Positions 1 through 15,513 are shown, counted from the first letter of the stretch. The stretch is 64,000 nt of DNA from Eledone cirrhosa (GCA_964016885.1 OZ024746.1:33604001-33668000); one strand, 5' to 3'. Numbers and translations are program-made. Notes: a model not told the origin generated them from the sequence alone.

Positions 1-398
1 ATACATCATAAAGATATAGAGTCCTTGCGAGGTCTGCCGACTTATCAAGAGGATACCTCATTTTACTAGCTTCAAGCACGCGCCCACACGACGTGAGAAA
101 GAATCCCAAAAGGCGGAGGGGGAGATAGTCACGCGATATAACGGTCGAGAAACAGAGCTAAGCCTCTTATAATCCCGAAGAAAATACCACGGAGGCGGAG
201 GGGGTATTTATATCGAAGCCGTAGAAGGGGTGGTGAAGGAGGCGAGAAGTATGAGTAATGGCAGCTTTCCAGCAGTCAGCACACTTCAAAGATTACTCAA
301 CCAGAGGGAGTTATTAACAATATATTTAGAAACACACAGATACATGCGGACACACACATATACATGAATGCATCCACACCCAATCTGTGTGTTTCTAA

Positions 399-433
<35 letters not shown>

Positions 434-434
434 C

Positions 435-690
435 ATATACACAAACTAAACAAAGTCACAGATATATATGTGGCAACCATTAACAATGTGGCTCAATGAA
501 GAATTAATAAATAAAATAATCAGAGCAACATATCATAAAGTATGTCCATAGAATCATTTGGCAACATATATACACCATTTACTCTCCCAATTAGCTTAAT
601 TAACCACATAAAAAATCAATTAGACCAGGCTATAAGAATAAGGCTCCTATGAAGAAATATTTGATAAATAAACCACAGCAGCCTCTTCTA
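435..690 (-). mobile_element. Family J PLE-type 3' end fragment (single arm with long tail) between TA arrays
   Basis: Reverse-complement similarity to 46075-46318; TA-flanked. Confidence 0.7.
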
Positions 691-884
691 TATATATATA
701 TATATATTATATATATATATATTAATATGGCTCTATTGTGAGTCTTGTTGCTAGGGAGATTCCCCTGTTTATCACATTGTCATCAGACAAGAAGTAACCT
801 TTCCATAGCAGGCACATTATAAATAGAGAAAGACTGGGGGTGAGGTAAGCGGTTTAAATTGAGAATGGGTGATTAAGATAGCGT

Positions 885-1057
885 AGGTGAGAGTGGGAAG
901 GATATGGCCGTGTGAATACTGCTCCTTTTACCAAGCTCGAATGGATGAAAGGCAAATTTAGCCTCGGTGGCATTTGAAATGAAAGAGCAGAAAGCAAGAA
1001 CGAATACCGCAAAACATATTATGCAGTGTTTTAACGACTCTAGTAATTCACCGCCTA
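885..1057 (-). mobile_element. Diverged tRNA-derived SINE copy
   Basis: ggatgaaaggcaaa...cctcggtggcatttgaa...caccgccta matches the copies at 36546-36977. Confidence 0.65.
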
Positions 1058-1296
1058 TGATACTGTATAATGATTACGCATAATGCTCCTCTCTTACGTT
1101 ATCAAGAATCTAAATATGAATTACTTATTTCTAGTGTTCGCTAATAATGTTATATTATGAAGCAATGTGTATTATATTGACAATTCTTATTTTTATGTAA
1201 AATTGAATGGAAAGCAACCACTAGTTTGATTTACTGAAATTTCAGGACCAAAGAGCAGAGCTTCATTTATCTAAATCCATTCATTGTTCACACACT

Positions 1297-1329
<33 letters not shown>

Positions 1330-1845
1330 GTATTTATCCTTGAATATATATTTATGCGTGTGTTTTGTTGTTTGTTTGTATAAACACCCATGCTTATGTG
1401 TAGTAAAACCTATGTATTCAAACATTATAGAAAAAAAGTTTAACATTGCTTGTACAAGCGCATGGAAAAGATAAGCGAAACATTTACATATTGTGTTCTA
1501 TATTAAATCTGTATAAGCATAACAGACACAACGTCACAATATAATATGCATAAGAGTTCTACTAAAAGACTTCTTTTGTCTGTCGGCTCAGTGAAATGAA
1601 TAGAGAGAAAACAATATTACCAAAGAATCCAATGATAAAAAGACCCATCCCTCCTAGAAGAACATAATGTGTATTTTATTCACTGTTCATAATAGATATG
1701 AGCAAAGTTTAGACAACCAGTAGGACTACTTTAGTGTGTGTTACAAAATGCGATAATAAAATCTAAAAATGTTTATGTAAAAACGATGTCGTTTTATATG
1801 GTAATCTAACACGTCATATCTTTATCCATTCTACTAGCTTAAGCA

Positions 1846-1878
<33 letters not shown>

Positions 1879-1907
1879 CGAAGTCTCTTATATATATATA
1901 TATATAT

Positions 1908-2125
1908 AGTAATAATAAAATTGAAGACTAAAATCCAAAGAGGGTTCGATAAGGAAAATATATATCAAATATATAAGAACCGTAGAGCAAATATTTATTA
2001 AAATAACAGATTAAACTTTAAGCAAAGAATCGCTGCTTTCACCCTTAACAGGATCTTCTGAAGATCCCGTTAAGGGTGAAAGCAGCGTTTCTTTGCTTAA
2101 ACTTTAATCTGTTATTTTAATAAAT
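1908..2125. mobile_element. Family F fold-back PLE terminal insertion
   Basis: Arms about 1991-2060 and 2060-2125 are reverse complements; left arm has about 83 extra nt; same sequence at 53604-53765, 40945-41030, 19889-19946 and 24478-24548. Confidence 0.85.
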
Positions 2126-2849
2126 ATATATATATATATATATATTGGTTGGTGTGCATATGGTACGTATATACGTTCAACAATCTGGCAGGAAGGCATA
2201 CGTTGCTGACGATAGCTAATAAGCTCGAAACTTGGACAGCGTTCCTTTGTCAGTGTTGAACAAGCAAGCAACGATGGTTGCTAGACACTACGGCTTAATA
2301 CGGGATGTTTGTTTACAAACACACCGAGCATTATAATAAATGTTTGGTGAATCCATACGTACATATATATGTGTGTGCATGTATGTGTATAAATATACAT
2401 ACTACTGTACGTCTGTATACATATATGTATGTACATGTACATACTTATATTTAAGTAACTGCCGTACTAAGTGTGTGAAATGAAATTTCGTTTCATTGTT
2501 TCCGTTTATATATATATATACGAATGTCTGACTGTATAACCGCATGTTTTTTCTCACAATTATTTTTCTTCCCGTCTCGATTCACTTCTGTCTTTCTATA
2601 AGTAATTCTTGAAGATATCTTGTGAAGAAGGACTTGTGTCAAAAGGGTAAGTATTTATTCCTGTTCTACCAAGCGTTATATTAACATACTTCGTCATTTT
2701 ACTGTATTCATTGCTTTTTAGTTTCCGTTTGAGCATTGGATACCGACTGATGACATACACGCTTGATGAATATCCCGCTCAGTTATGTGAGATCGGCAAT
2801 TTATATCGGATGAATGATAAATATATGTGGGACTAATACATTGGTGAAG

Positions 2850-4180
2850 AGGGTGGAATGGCCTCACTAATCAGCTCCACCATTCCAAACACTTTGTCAG
2901 TTAACGTTGGTAATAACCAGACGTGCCAATGTCGACATGGTGAAAATGCATCGGGTTACCGAGGGCGTAGGCAAATAGATGATACCCTAGATCAGCAGAT
3001 AGAAGTGGTTTTGATTTCCCACAGTTTCAAGAAATCACTTACACAGTGAACAAATCTGTGTTTTGCACAGTCGTCATAGATATGCCTCGTATGCAGAGAT
3101 TACTGGAAACTGAATTAATCTTCTCCAGCGCGCAAGGCTTATACCACTCTATCAATAAATGGTGGCGTTCACGGAGGAAATCGCGAAGAGGAAATGGGGT
3201 TTACATGAGAAATGTATGATTTGAATAGATAAGGTTTAGTGAAGCAACACTGATAGAGACAACTAGATTAGAGGGAGAGTTAGTTATGAACATAGAAACG
3301 GCTTTTAAGAAAGGTATCGGGATGGATGTGCTTGCAGCGATGTTACCTCGACTAATTCTAAAGACACCGAAAACAAAGCCTTTCGAAGGAAGAAAAGCCG
3401 CGTTGCAGAGGTGTAGCGTGTCTACAAAGCTGTCGTTTGATACTTGAAGGACACTGATATGTTTTGCCGAACAGATATGTGGCAGTGGGATAGCATTTTT
3501 CAGGTATATAGCCAGCGTCAAGTGTGTTCCACCATAGATTAGCTAGAGGCGATACAATTTGGTGTCGACATACTTTCTGGAAACAGCAGCAAACATATTA
3601 GGGTTTACTACTGAGTTAAGTTTAATTTCATTTATTTCCGCTACGACATCACGGACGCCAAACGTTAGGTCTGATATAATGTGATGGTGATTAACATCAC
3701 TAATACAGGCCAGATCAGCCATATCACAATGATGAAAACAGAACAGTATTGTTTCTTGAGTATCGAACCCATCAATCAGAGGGAGACAGTGACATTGAGA
3801 TTTTTCGCAAATGAAAAGAACACTTTGGGATTGAGTTTTTATTTTATCCATGGCCCATCTCTCTTCGGCTATTCTTTGTTTATTGATAATGGTCTTCATC
3901 CATTGTTGAAGGTTATATTTCTTTTGATTCTAGCAGTGCGACGGCAGGCAAATGTGTTTGATGCTGTTGGCAGTATTTTAATTTGCTGATTTTTTTGGCT
4001 TGTTCTTTCTATTTTTCTGATATTAGTGTTTCTGTTTTGGGGGATTCTGGGCCTTGTTTGGTTCACAGATCTTGATGGGATGTATTTGGGACGGTGTGTT
4101 CAAAGAGCTGCCAAGAGGATGTGATGCTGAGGGAGATTTGCGCGTGTATGAAAGACCAGTCAACATGTGATAGGTCGTTG
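2850..4180 (-). pseudogene. Decayed non-LTR retrotransposon ORF2 fragments (APE endonuclease N-terminus plus post-APE linker, rearranged)
   Basis: Minus translation gives VRDVVAEINEIKL..AAVS..DTKL..GG..LAIYLKN.IP (APE-like) and LSHVDWS..SWQLFEH..KYIPSR (linker-like); many stops. Confidence 0.5.
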
Positions 4181-4197
4181 TATACATATTTGTATGT

Positions 4198-4234
<37 letters not shown>

Positions 4235-4330
4235 GCGTATATATATATATATATATATTGATGTCTATATGTGTATATATATATATATTCATATTCATAT
4301 GCATATATATTTATCTGTACAAATGTATGT

Positions 4331-4363
<33 letters not shown>

Positions 4364-4365
<2 letters not shown>

Positions 4366-5078
4366 AGAATAGAGGTGTAACACACAAGTTATTATATATT
4401 GGTAAACGGAATAGAAAATGCTGACAAATTGTTCACAGTTGAAAAATGGTTTAATTAGGAATAAAAGAGTATTAGTGATTGTATGGGTTAGTATTCAGTT
4501 GTGGTTTTAAGTTTTTAAGTTTTTACCGGTTGCGCATTTCTAAATGCTTTTCAAAAATAATTTTGAGATAGAGTGTCCGTGCTGTTTGCTCTGGTCTGAT
4601 TAGTTTTGGGAATTCTACCTGTTTTTATGTTAAAAAAGTGGCTCCAATTTGCAAAAATTCTTGTGGTCAAAACAATTTTGATTGGTCGGTAGAGGTCATG
4701 TGAATGTAAAAAATTGATTTTGCGCCAAGACTGTTTTTATGTTAAAAAAGTGGCTCCAGCAAAAATTCTTGTGGTCAAAACATGACCTCTACCGACCAAT
4801 CAAAATTGGTTTGACCACAAGAATATTTGCAAATTGGAGCCACTTTTTTAACATAAAAACAGGTAGAATTCCCAAAACTAATCAGATCAGAGCAAACAGC
4901 ACGGACACTCTATCTCAAAATTATTTTTGAAAAGCATTTAGAAATGCGCAACCGGTAAAAACTTACAAACCTAAAAACACAACTGAATACTAACCCATAC
5001 AATCACTAATACTCTTTTATTCCTAATTAAACCATTTTTCAACTGTGAACAATTTGTCAGCATTTTCTATTCCATTTA

Positions 5079-5084
<6 letters not shown>
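4364..5084. mobile_element. Family C fold-back PLE terminal insertion with about 305-bp arms
   Basis: 4396-4701 is nearly the reverse complement of 4780-5084; TA arrays on both sides; part of the same sequence ends the PLE remnant at 28020-28824. Confidence 0.85.
4924..4961 (+). ncRNA. Variant hammerhead-like motif (family C), mirrored on - at about 4520-4557
   Basis: ttt-TTGAAAA-gcatt taga aatgc-GCAA-ccgg-TA-aaaa: U3/A8 covariation, A13C, palindromic ACCGGT stem III. Confidence 0.5.
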
Positions 5085-5123
<39 letters not shown>

Positions 5124-5127
<4 letters not shown>

Positions 5128-5484
5128 CAAAGGATTGTGGTAAGGAACCAGATGAGCATAACGCACCAGAGTACTCAATACTTAGGTTAATAGAGTGGGA
5201 AATAGGAAAAAGTATGACCCCGACGGCAGAATGTGAGCGGTCGAGACGAATTGAGCTCTGCCGTCGGGGTCATAATTTTTCCTATATATATATATATATA
5301 TATATATATAACGAAGGGAATGTGGTAAGGAACCAGATGAACCATAACGCACCAAAGTACTCAATACTTAGGGTAGTAGAGTGGGTAATAGGACTCAGAA
5401 TTAGCCGTCGAAACGACTTGAGCTCAGCCATCGTGGTCCTACTCGTTCCTATATATATATATAGGAACGAATAGGACCCCGACG
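5124..5484. mobile_element. Three family A PLE terminal insertions (5124-5284, 5309-5450, 5461-5484) separated by TA
   Basis: ataacgaaggaaatgtggtaaggaaccag...ccccgacggc shared with 12202, 12372, 37733, 49757, 50327 and 63745. Confidence 0.85.
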
Positions 5485-5802
5485 TATCATTCTATTCTAA
5501 TTTTTCGCTTAATGTTTCGCTTAATTTTTCATGCAATGTCCTATTCATAATGACGCAGCATTCTTTGTAACAGTTTTTATATAATTATGTATGATTTTCG
5601 TTTATATATAGCATTATCTCCATCATATTAGCAGAAGATATTAGTTAAAATATCTCACCGATGTATTCCTATTGCGTAAATTGTTATAATACTAAGATAT
5701 ATAAATGTGTTTTGCAGGCAAGCTTACACGGATGCTAACACGGATAACCAAACTGGCACACATACTCAGTTAACTAGCTGCTTCAATTATATGTATAATT
5801 AT
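5485..5802. repeat. Inverted duplicate of flanking DNA 7670-7973
   Basis: About 310 bp near-identical reverse complement, including the adjoining (CA)n(TA)n. Confidence 0.9.
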
Positions 5803-5846
<44 letters not shown>

Positions 5847-5848
5847 TA

Positions 5849-6047
5849 TAGAAATGGCTTCTACAGGACTAGAACTGTTTCATTCGGAGGAAATCATCAG
5901 GGCTTTCTGATGATTTCCTCCGAATGAAACAGTTCTAGTCCTGTAGAAGCCATTTCTGTAGAAGCCATTTCTATATTAAATTACTTTTACTCTGCTATGT
6001 ATTGAGTACCTTACTTACTGTGGTTATCCCCGATTTAACCCGGGATC

Positions 6048-6050
<3 letters not shown>
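5849..6050. mobile_element. Family G fold-back insertion
   Basis: Perfect arms of about 50 bp (5850-5900 / 5907-5957) plus about 77-nt tail; decayed relative at 15654-15730. Confidence 0.85.
5901..5951 (+). ncRNA. Type I hammerhead ribozyme motif (family G)
   Basis: ggcttt-CTGATGA-tttc ctcc gaat-GAAA-cag ttctagtc ctg-TA-gaagcc; all three stems pair; GUA site. Confidence 0.8.
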
Positions 6051-6863
<813 letters not shown>

Positions 6864-6888
6864 TATATATATATATATATATATATAT

Positions 6889-7185
6889 GTAGGAGGTGAG
6901 TTTTATTGTAGTACAATAAAGCAATGCAGATATCGGATAAGAAGCACTATACAATTTGTGGGACTGGAGTATGCATAATATAAGATCAAAAGATGGTTAA
7001 AGGAGTTCCATATATTTTATTATGCGCATTTCAAAAACAAACATCATCAAGCAAGTGTTTTTTAGCCTTCATATCATGTTCTCCTGTTTTATCTGATGAA
7101 AACACAAATATTATTGCTTGATGATGTTTGTTTTTGAAATGCGCATAATAAAATATATGGAACTCCTTTAACCATCTTTTGATCT

Positions 7186-7193
<8 letters not shown>
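6889..7193. mobile_element. Family I fold-back insertion
   Basis: Arms about 6976-7054 and 7114-7193 are reverse complements; left arm has about 87 extra nt; TA-flanked. Confidence 0.85.
7086..7154 (+). ncRNA. Type I hammerhead ribozyme motif (family I)
   Basis: gttttat-CTGATGA-[stem II]-GAAA-tgcgca-TA-ataaaat; palindromic ATGCGCAT stem III. Confidence 0.85.
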
Positions 7194-7672
<479 letters not shown>

Positions 7673-8039
7673 TATACATATAATTGAAGCAGCTAGTTAA
7701 CTGAGTATGTGTGCCAGTGTGGTTATCAGTGTTAGCATCCGTGTAAGGTTGCCTGCAAAACACATTTATATATCTTAGTATTATAACAATTTACGCAATA
7801 GGAATACATCGGTGAGATATTTTAACCCATATCTTCTGCTAATATGATGGAGATAATGCTATATATAAACGAAAATCATACATAATTATATAAAAACTGT
7901 TACAAAGAATGCTGCGTCATTATGAATAGGACATCGCATGAAAAATTAAGCGAAAAATTACAATAGAATGATAAGGGAAACATAAAGCATTCAATTTCGT
8001 ATGACGGAAGCCATTTTGAAATATTCTTCAGCAATATCG

Positions 8040-8503
8040 ACTAATAATTCCGCTAACGATGATGAAGATTATGATATTGATGGTAATAATTACTTTGAGG
8101 ATAACAAAGACTCTGGCGTCGATGACGACGACGATGATGATGGTGATAATGGTGTTTGCTATTGTCATTATTATTATTATTATTATGAACATTACATTAA
8201 TTGTTGCAACTTTGATTATTATGATGATGTTAATGCTGCTGAGGGTTATGAATATGATGATGTTTATAATCATCTTAATGATGATGATGATGCTCATGCT
8301 AATGGTGGTGCTGATTATGTTTTTGAACGTCGCTGGTTTTGATGATAAGTATAATGGGGACGATGTCGACGATGAAAATGAGAATCGTGATGATGATGAT
8401 GATGATGATGATAACGTTGAAGATGATGACTGTGATGAGGATGATGATGGTGATCGCGATGATGAAGATGGAGTGGGTAATGGGAAAGGTAATGGGGAAG
8501 GTA

Positions 8504-8602
<99 letters not shown>

Positions 8603-8690
8603 ATGATGGTGATGGTGATCAGTATTACATCCGCAATGCTCCTTCTAATGTTACTGTTGAAGACCGCCATTCTTATGATGAAGATTAGAA
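8040..8690. repeat. (GAT)n microsatellite and GAT-rich low-complexity tract
   Basis: Pure (GAT)n at about 8503-8600 with degenerate flanks. Confidence 0.95.
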
Positions 8691-8710
8691 GGATGCTGTT
8701 ATTGTTAACA

Positions 8711-9008
8711 ATTGGTTCTACTTTAGGCACAAGGCCAGCAATTTTGCAGTACATTACTGGTACTTTATTTTATCGACCCCGTAAGGATGAAAGACAAAGT
8801 TAATCTCGGTGGGATTTGAACTCAAAATGACAAGAGCCGTAACACTATGCATCAAAGCATGGCGTCCGACCCTCTACCGATAGAATGTAAAGGGCCATTT
8901 AATGTTAATGATAATAATAGTTTCTACTATTGGCACAAGGCCAGCAATTACCCAGTACATCACTGGTACTTTATTTTATCGACCCCGTAAGGATGAAAGA
9001 CAAAGTTA
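8711..9008 (-). mobile_element. Two tRNA-derived SINE copies (8711-8882; partial 8917-9008)
   Basis: ggcacaaggccagcaatt...tactttattttatcgaccccgtaaggatgaaag; B-box complement gggatttgaactc. Confidence 0.85.
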
Positions 9009-9228
9009 TAATAATAAGTGCGATGATATTGACGGTAATGGTGATGATGATGATGAGGATGATAAGCTGGATGGTGGTGATGATGTTGATAAGCTGGATG
9101 ATGGTGATGATGTTGATAACCATGTTTCTAAAATAAGAATGATGGTAATGGTGATGGCTGAATGAGATGACTATGATGCTAATAAGGAGGATATTCAAAT
9201 TATAATTATATGAGGTATGAAAGTAAAT

Positions 9229-10540
<1,312 letters not shown>

Positions 10541-11156
10541 ATAATAAATTTGATAAGTTGTGTTATATCAACAACAATAATTGCAGAAATAACATTACTA
10601 ATAGCAACAACAGTAATCAAAACCTCAGACAGTAACATTATTTTAAATCATGCTAGGTAATGGAACTGAGATAAGAGAATTAGTGGAAACATATACATGC
10701 AAATACTACGGATTGAATGAAGTAGACATTGTGCAACACACAAAAATGAAAGGAAGATAAGGATTCAATAGAATTGCTGCTTAAAAATTCAATGCAAAAA
10801 GCATGAAAAGGCATCATTGCACTAGCTGTCCCAGTAATACACTAACGTATTAATGTTTTTAATTGGACGCTAAACGAGTTAGCAAGACTTAATAAAAAGA
10901 CAAACAAGTAATATAATGACTTTATTTAGAATACACCAGCGCAAATCAGATATCGCAGTATATCTACCAAACCTATAGACTTGTAGAAGTCTGGTGCAAC
11001 TAGAAAACTATGATCAAATTACAAACGTAAGGTAGTAAAGAAGCCTAGTGAAGAGAGAATGACAGACAGTGGGAAACAAATACGTACAAAAGAGAAGCTG
11101 AAATGAGAGATAATTATGAAGAAAATTAAGAGTGTGGCGGATTTACTATGTATATT

Positions 11157-11255
11157 GGTTTCTTATAAAGGCACAAGGCCAGCAATTTTTTTTGAGGGGG
11201 GGGGGTCGTTTAAACGAGCCCTATTGCGTGACTGGTATTTTATTTTATCGACTCC
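11157..11255 (-). mobile_element. Partial SINE cut off by the family K element
   Basis: SINE 3' part ends abruptly at tttatcgactcc. Confidence 0.7.
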
Positions 11256-11678
11256 ATAACGAAGGAATATAGCAGAGACAAAAGGGTAGCCGATATTTTA
11301 GCAGCTTGTAGCTACGTCGATCGCCCTCAAGGTAGACGTAGCTACAAGCCGCTAAAATACCGGCCGCCCTCTTGTCTCTGATTTAAACACCAAGGATTTT
11401 TATCTGCTATATTCCTTTGTTATATTTTGAATTACCTGATGATGACACCGGATTCATACTGAACCCGGTCATTGAAATGATCATAGTATAATAAACCTTT
11501 CAAGCATTTACATCAGAACATGCCTCCTGTTATTTTGTAATAATTAACTCCGTACTCGCACCACCAACTACACACACGAAGACAAGTGGTTGCATTATGT
11601 TGAGTGCTTTCCATAACATTACATTGTGGCTGACCACACAGAATGACCAGTTCTATCCAGTGGTGAAGCAACAAACCC

Positions 11679-11680
<2 letters not shown>
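11256..11680 (+). mobile_element. Family K PLE-type end: upstream fold-back (11256-11423), HHR and tail
   Basis: Imperfect inverted arms around 11320-11335; HHR follows; ends at A/TA run. Confidence 0.7.
11433..11488 (+). ncRNA. Type I hammerhead ribozyme motif (family K)
   Basis: tac-CTGATGA-tgac...gtca tt-GAAA-tgatca-TA-gta; palindromic ATGATCAT stem III. Confidence 0.8.
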
Positions 11681-11719
<39 letters not shown>

Positions 11720-11723
<4 letters not shown>

Positions 11724-12059
11724 AAAGTTCTATTTAAAATTGTTGGGTTACAACAAGTAAATATTTTTATAACTGATATAAAGCACTCGACAAGTATTTG
11801 GAGTAGATATACGATATTAATAAATGGAAACTATATTTATAAAACCATATTTATTTCATTATACATATTTCAGGGATACCAAATTAAATTATAGTATGCC
11901 TTCATCAGACAAAATACAATATATAACAGTTTTACAGTAAAACTGTTATATATTGTATTTTGTCTGATGAAGGCATACCATAATTTAATTTGGTATCCCT
12001 GAAATATGTATAATGAAATAAATATGGTTTTATAAATATAGTTCCCATTTATTAATATC

Positions 12060-12061
<2 letters not shown>
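11720..12061. mobile_element. Family B fold-back insertion with a complete HHR on each strand (11852-11916 -, 11956-12020 +)
   Basis: About 125-bp inverted arms around 11935; tattttgt-CTGATGA-aggcatacca..tggtatccct-GAAA-tatgta-TA-atgaaata. Confidence 0.9.
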
Positions 12062-12091
<30 letters not shown>

Positions 12092-12117
12092 ATATAAGTA
12101 GATATTATATATATATA

Positions 12118-12201
<84 letters not shown>

Positions 12202-12205
<4 letters not shown>

Positions 12206-12563
12206 CGAAGTAGTTGTAGTGAGGAACCAGATGGACCACAACACACCAGAGTACTCAATACTTAGGGTAGTAGAGTGGGTAATAGGAGAAAGTATGACCC
12301 CGACAGCAGAGCTCAAACCGTTTCGAAGGCTATTTCTGGACTTTATTTTTCTGGACTTTATATATATATAAATAACGAAGGAAGTGTGGTAAGGAACCAG
12401 GTGGACCATAACGCACCAGAGTACTCGATAGTTGGGTAGTAGAATAGGTAATAGGAAAATGTGCAGGACACCGACGGCAGAGTACAAGCAGTTTCGACGG
12501 CTATTTCTGAAATAGCCTTCGAAACGGCTTGAACTCTGCCGTCGAGGCCCTTAACATTTTCCA
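12202..12563. mobile_element. Two family A insertions (12202-12360 single arm; 12372-12563 fold-back)
   Basis: Match to the other family A copies; TA-flanked. Confidence 0.85.
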
Positions 12564-12602
<39 letters not shown>

Positions 12603-12617
12603 TATAGGTAGATAGAT

Positions 12618-12709
<92 letters not shown>

Positions 12710-13490
12710 TTCAATCAATCTACCTGTTTTGTTATTTCTTAATGTGCCCTGGAATGAAAAGTATGAAGTATGAACCTTAATTCATGGAAACTAAAGTTAT
12801 TTCCATAGGTTGACAGAGGAGATTGGACTGCGCGTTTTGGGCTTTTTTTTCCGTTGCATTTGCCCTGTGTGCCGCCCCCACGCTACATTCAATATGTTAT
12901 TATGTTATAGACCGCAATAGACTTCCGATTAATTATGATGACTATAATACCATTATTAACCATAAATGTGGAAGTCATTAGAAATATAGATATAACCATC
13001 TTCTGGCTCATTTATAAATGCACAATTGTAATAACAAGATATAGCACAAATATAAAACTGTACTTGTATGTGAGTGTATGCATATGTATGTATCTAAATA
13101 TATATATGTATATGTAATAATGTATTTCGCTTTTATGATTATATCTATTCAAAGGGAAAAAAGGCTTTAAATACGACTTCGATACATTTTAATCAGTAAT
13201 ACCACACCCTACAACTTGTCATAATTTCATTATAATAATTGTCTCAATATAACAATAGCACAATGATTTAGGTGTATATTTCTCATTCCGAGAACATGGA
13301 TCTATCTGTTTAGGCCATCATTTACACATTATGATTTTACATTTATACAACAAGTATTTCTTCATACAAAACTTATTTTAAATATGTATTTGTCTACGTT
13401 AGCTACTTAATATGCATACGGTTGGCGATGTATTGCCAAACTGAATCACTAACAATAAACAATACATAATATTTAAAAAGCTAACAACAT

Positions 13491-13545
<55 letters not shown>

Positions 13546-13654
13546 GTTGCTGCTGCTGCTTCTGCTCCTACTGCCACTACTACTATTAAGACCGGCGTCA
13601 CCACCACCATTACTACGACGACCAAGTTGTAATATGTAACCGGACATATTCAAC

Positions 13655-14260
13655 ACTCCATTGGGAAATATGCAAACGCTTTGCTATGAAAACACTCAAG
13701 AAGTTGAATATATAAATCTACCAAAACACACTACATGACAATATCCTAGTCACAATCATCTGGAATATTTCCATCGAAACTGACATGGAGATCAAGTGAA
13801 ACCAACCAGATATAATAATGAAGGACAGAATAATACTTGCATTCTGATAGACATGGCTTTTCCTCTGACCAAAGGTCGTCTCTTTTAAAATGTGTAGAAT
13901 AAAAAGTCATGTAAATACTAACAAATACAATTGTTTTTTTATGTGGAAACAGTAAAGTGGGTATTAGATGTTACACCAAGGAATGAAATAAGAACCGCCA
14001 TAAAAAAGGAAAATATTACTGGCCTCAGCATAGACAGTAAATGGCATGGAAGAACGTGTACCAACGTCAAAATTATTTGAAAAGGCTCCGGGTTAAATGC
14101 AGAAATAGAAAGTCTGATTTTAGTTGTGTAAGATCAATGCATAACAACAAAATCTATTGAAATAAATGAAAAACAATAGATTAATGTCAAGTGTTGATAA
14201 TGCAATCAACATAAATAAGTAATAGACCACATCATTTCCGGCTATCGTGTCATCGATCAG
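13655..14260 (+). pseudogene. Decayed R4/Dong-like non-LTR fragments (restriction-like endonuclease and CCHC region)
   Basis: VTIIW..I.TD.EIK.NQPDIIMKD..C.LIDMAFP and GLNAEIESLILVV.DQCITTK..KC..CNQH..IDHIISG. Confidence 0.65.
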
Positions 14261-14899
14261 ACATATAGTAAATCAAATAGAACCGCACCGGTACAATCAT
14301 GGCATAATGCAAAATCTATGCACTCTGATATATCTCTACTTCAATTCAATTACTTCAACAATGTCCGGAAATAAATAATAAAAGAAGATTCTGACGAAGT
14401 GAAAATAACCAAAATTAGATATGGGGATTGGGATTAAAAAACACTTACGTATAATTTATTTCTTACTGCGTATGCCAAAAATGTGCTATATAAATACAAG
14501 GAAATTTATACACTCACCATCCAGCATATGCTCCAAGTAAGCATAATATAAAATGTATTTCTTTCAAAATACTTTCACTTAAATAACACAGCGTATATTT
14601 TATAGAATAGCTTCACACATAATATCTTTATAATCACAGCATGTGCAAAAGAAAGATACTTCCTTAAATATTACAACGCATTCCATTTTCAAGACTTCTA
14701 CCTCCTTTTACTGAGATGACGCATATTTTAAAGTTTACGTATTGTACAATGTCTACTGCTATATGTATTGAGTAAATCATGCGTAATGCGCCAATGATTC
14801 TTTCAACCCCTCGAGTTTTTCTTATTTCATTTGCATTCCTGGGATAATTCGTTGTTGTGATTGTTGTATGATTTGATTTTGATTAAATCATTTTGCAGC

Positions 14900-15270
14900 A
14901 GAGAGTTACGGTCCTTTACGGTCAGAGTTCAAATCCGGCCGAAGTTACCTTTGCCTTTCATCCTTACGGGGTCGATAAAATAAAGCACCAGTAACGTACT
15001 GGAGTCGATTTAATCGACTTTCCTCACCCCCTAAATTACTGGCCAAATTAGCGGCCATGTGCCTATATAAGAAATCATTAAAGAATTCTTTATAGGCGGC
15101 GAATTGGCAGAGTCATTAGAGCGTCAGATAGTATGATTTGTGGCATTTGTCCCTGGCTCTTTGTTTTCAGTTAAATTTCATCTAGGTCAAGTTTGCCTCA
15201 TATGCTTTCGAATCGATAAAAAAAAAACCCAGTCTCGTACTAGGATCATTTATTCTGCTATATCTCTATC
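14900..15270 (+). mobile_element. Two tandem SINE copies
   Basis: gagttcaaatccggccgaag...ggggtcgataaaataaag; second head ggcggcgaattggcagagtc at about 15094. Confidence 0.75.
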
Positions 15271-15389
15271 AGTCTTCCCCTCTCTCTCCATCCTTTTCCG
15301 AAATACATTTGCTGTATTCAGACCTACAGAGGTGTGCAATTAGATTGTTGTAGTAATTTCCATTTGTGCAAGATTTTAAACATTGATTG

Positions 15390-15513
15390 CCAGCTAAATT
15401 AACTATAGGGATATAAAATATACATAAGCGAAAAGCAATCCAAACCAAACAGTGAGTATGTTTTATTATTTCTGGCAATATTATAACAATATGACCCTCC
15501 CCAAATATAACAA
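15390..15513 (+). mobile_element. Family E' PLE 3' end fragment
   Basis: Similar to 58500-58625 (acataagcgaaaagc...aatatgaccctcccc..ataacaa). Confidence 0.7.

Noticed and set aside
15-60. TTGATAA...GCAA-ggac-TC on the minus strand, like the family C variant core
   Set aside because: Three extra bases before GCAA and no stem I pairing; the element runs off the window edge
4364-5084. Fold-backs interpreted as MITEs or DNA-transposon TIRs
   Set aside because: Arms are asymmetric with variable inner junctions, carry HHRs, and the same sequences end PLE-derived copies
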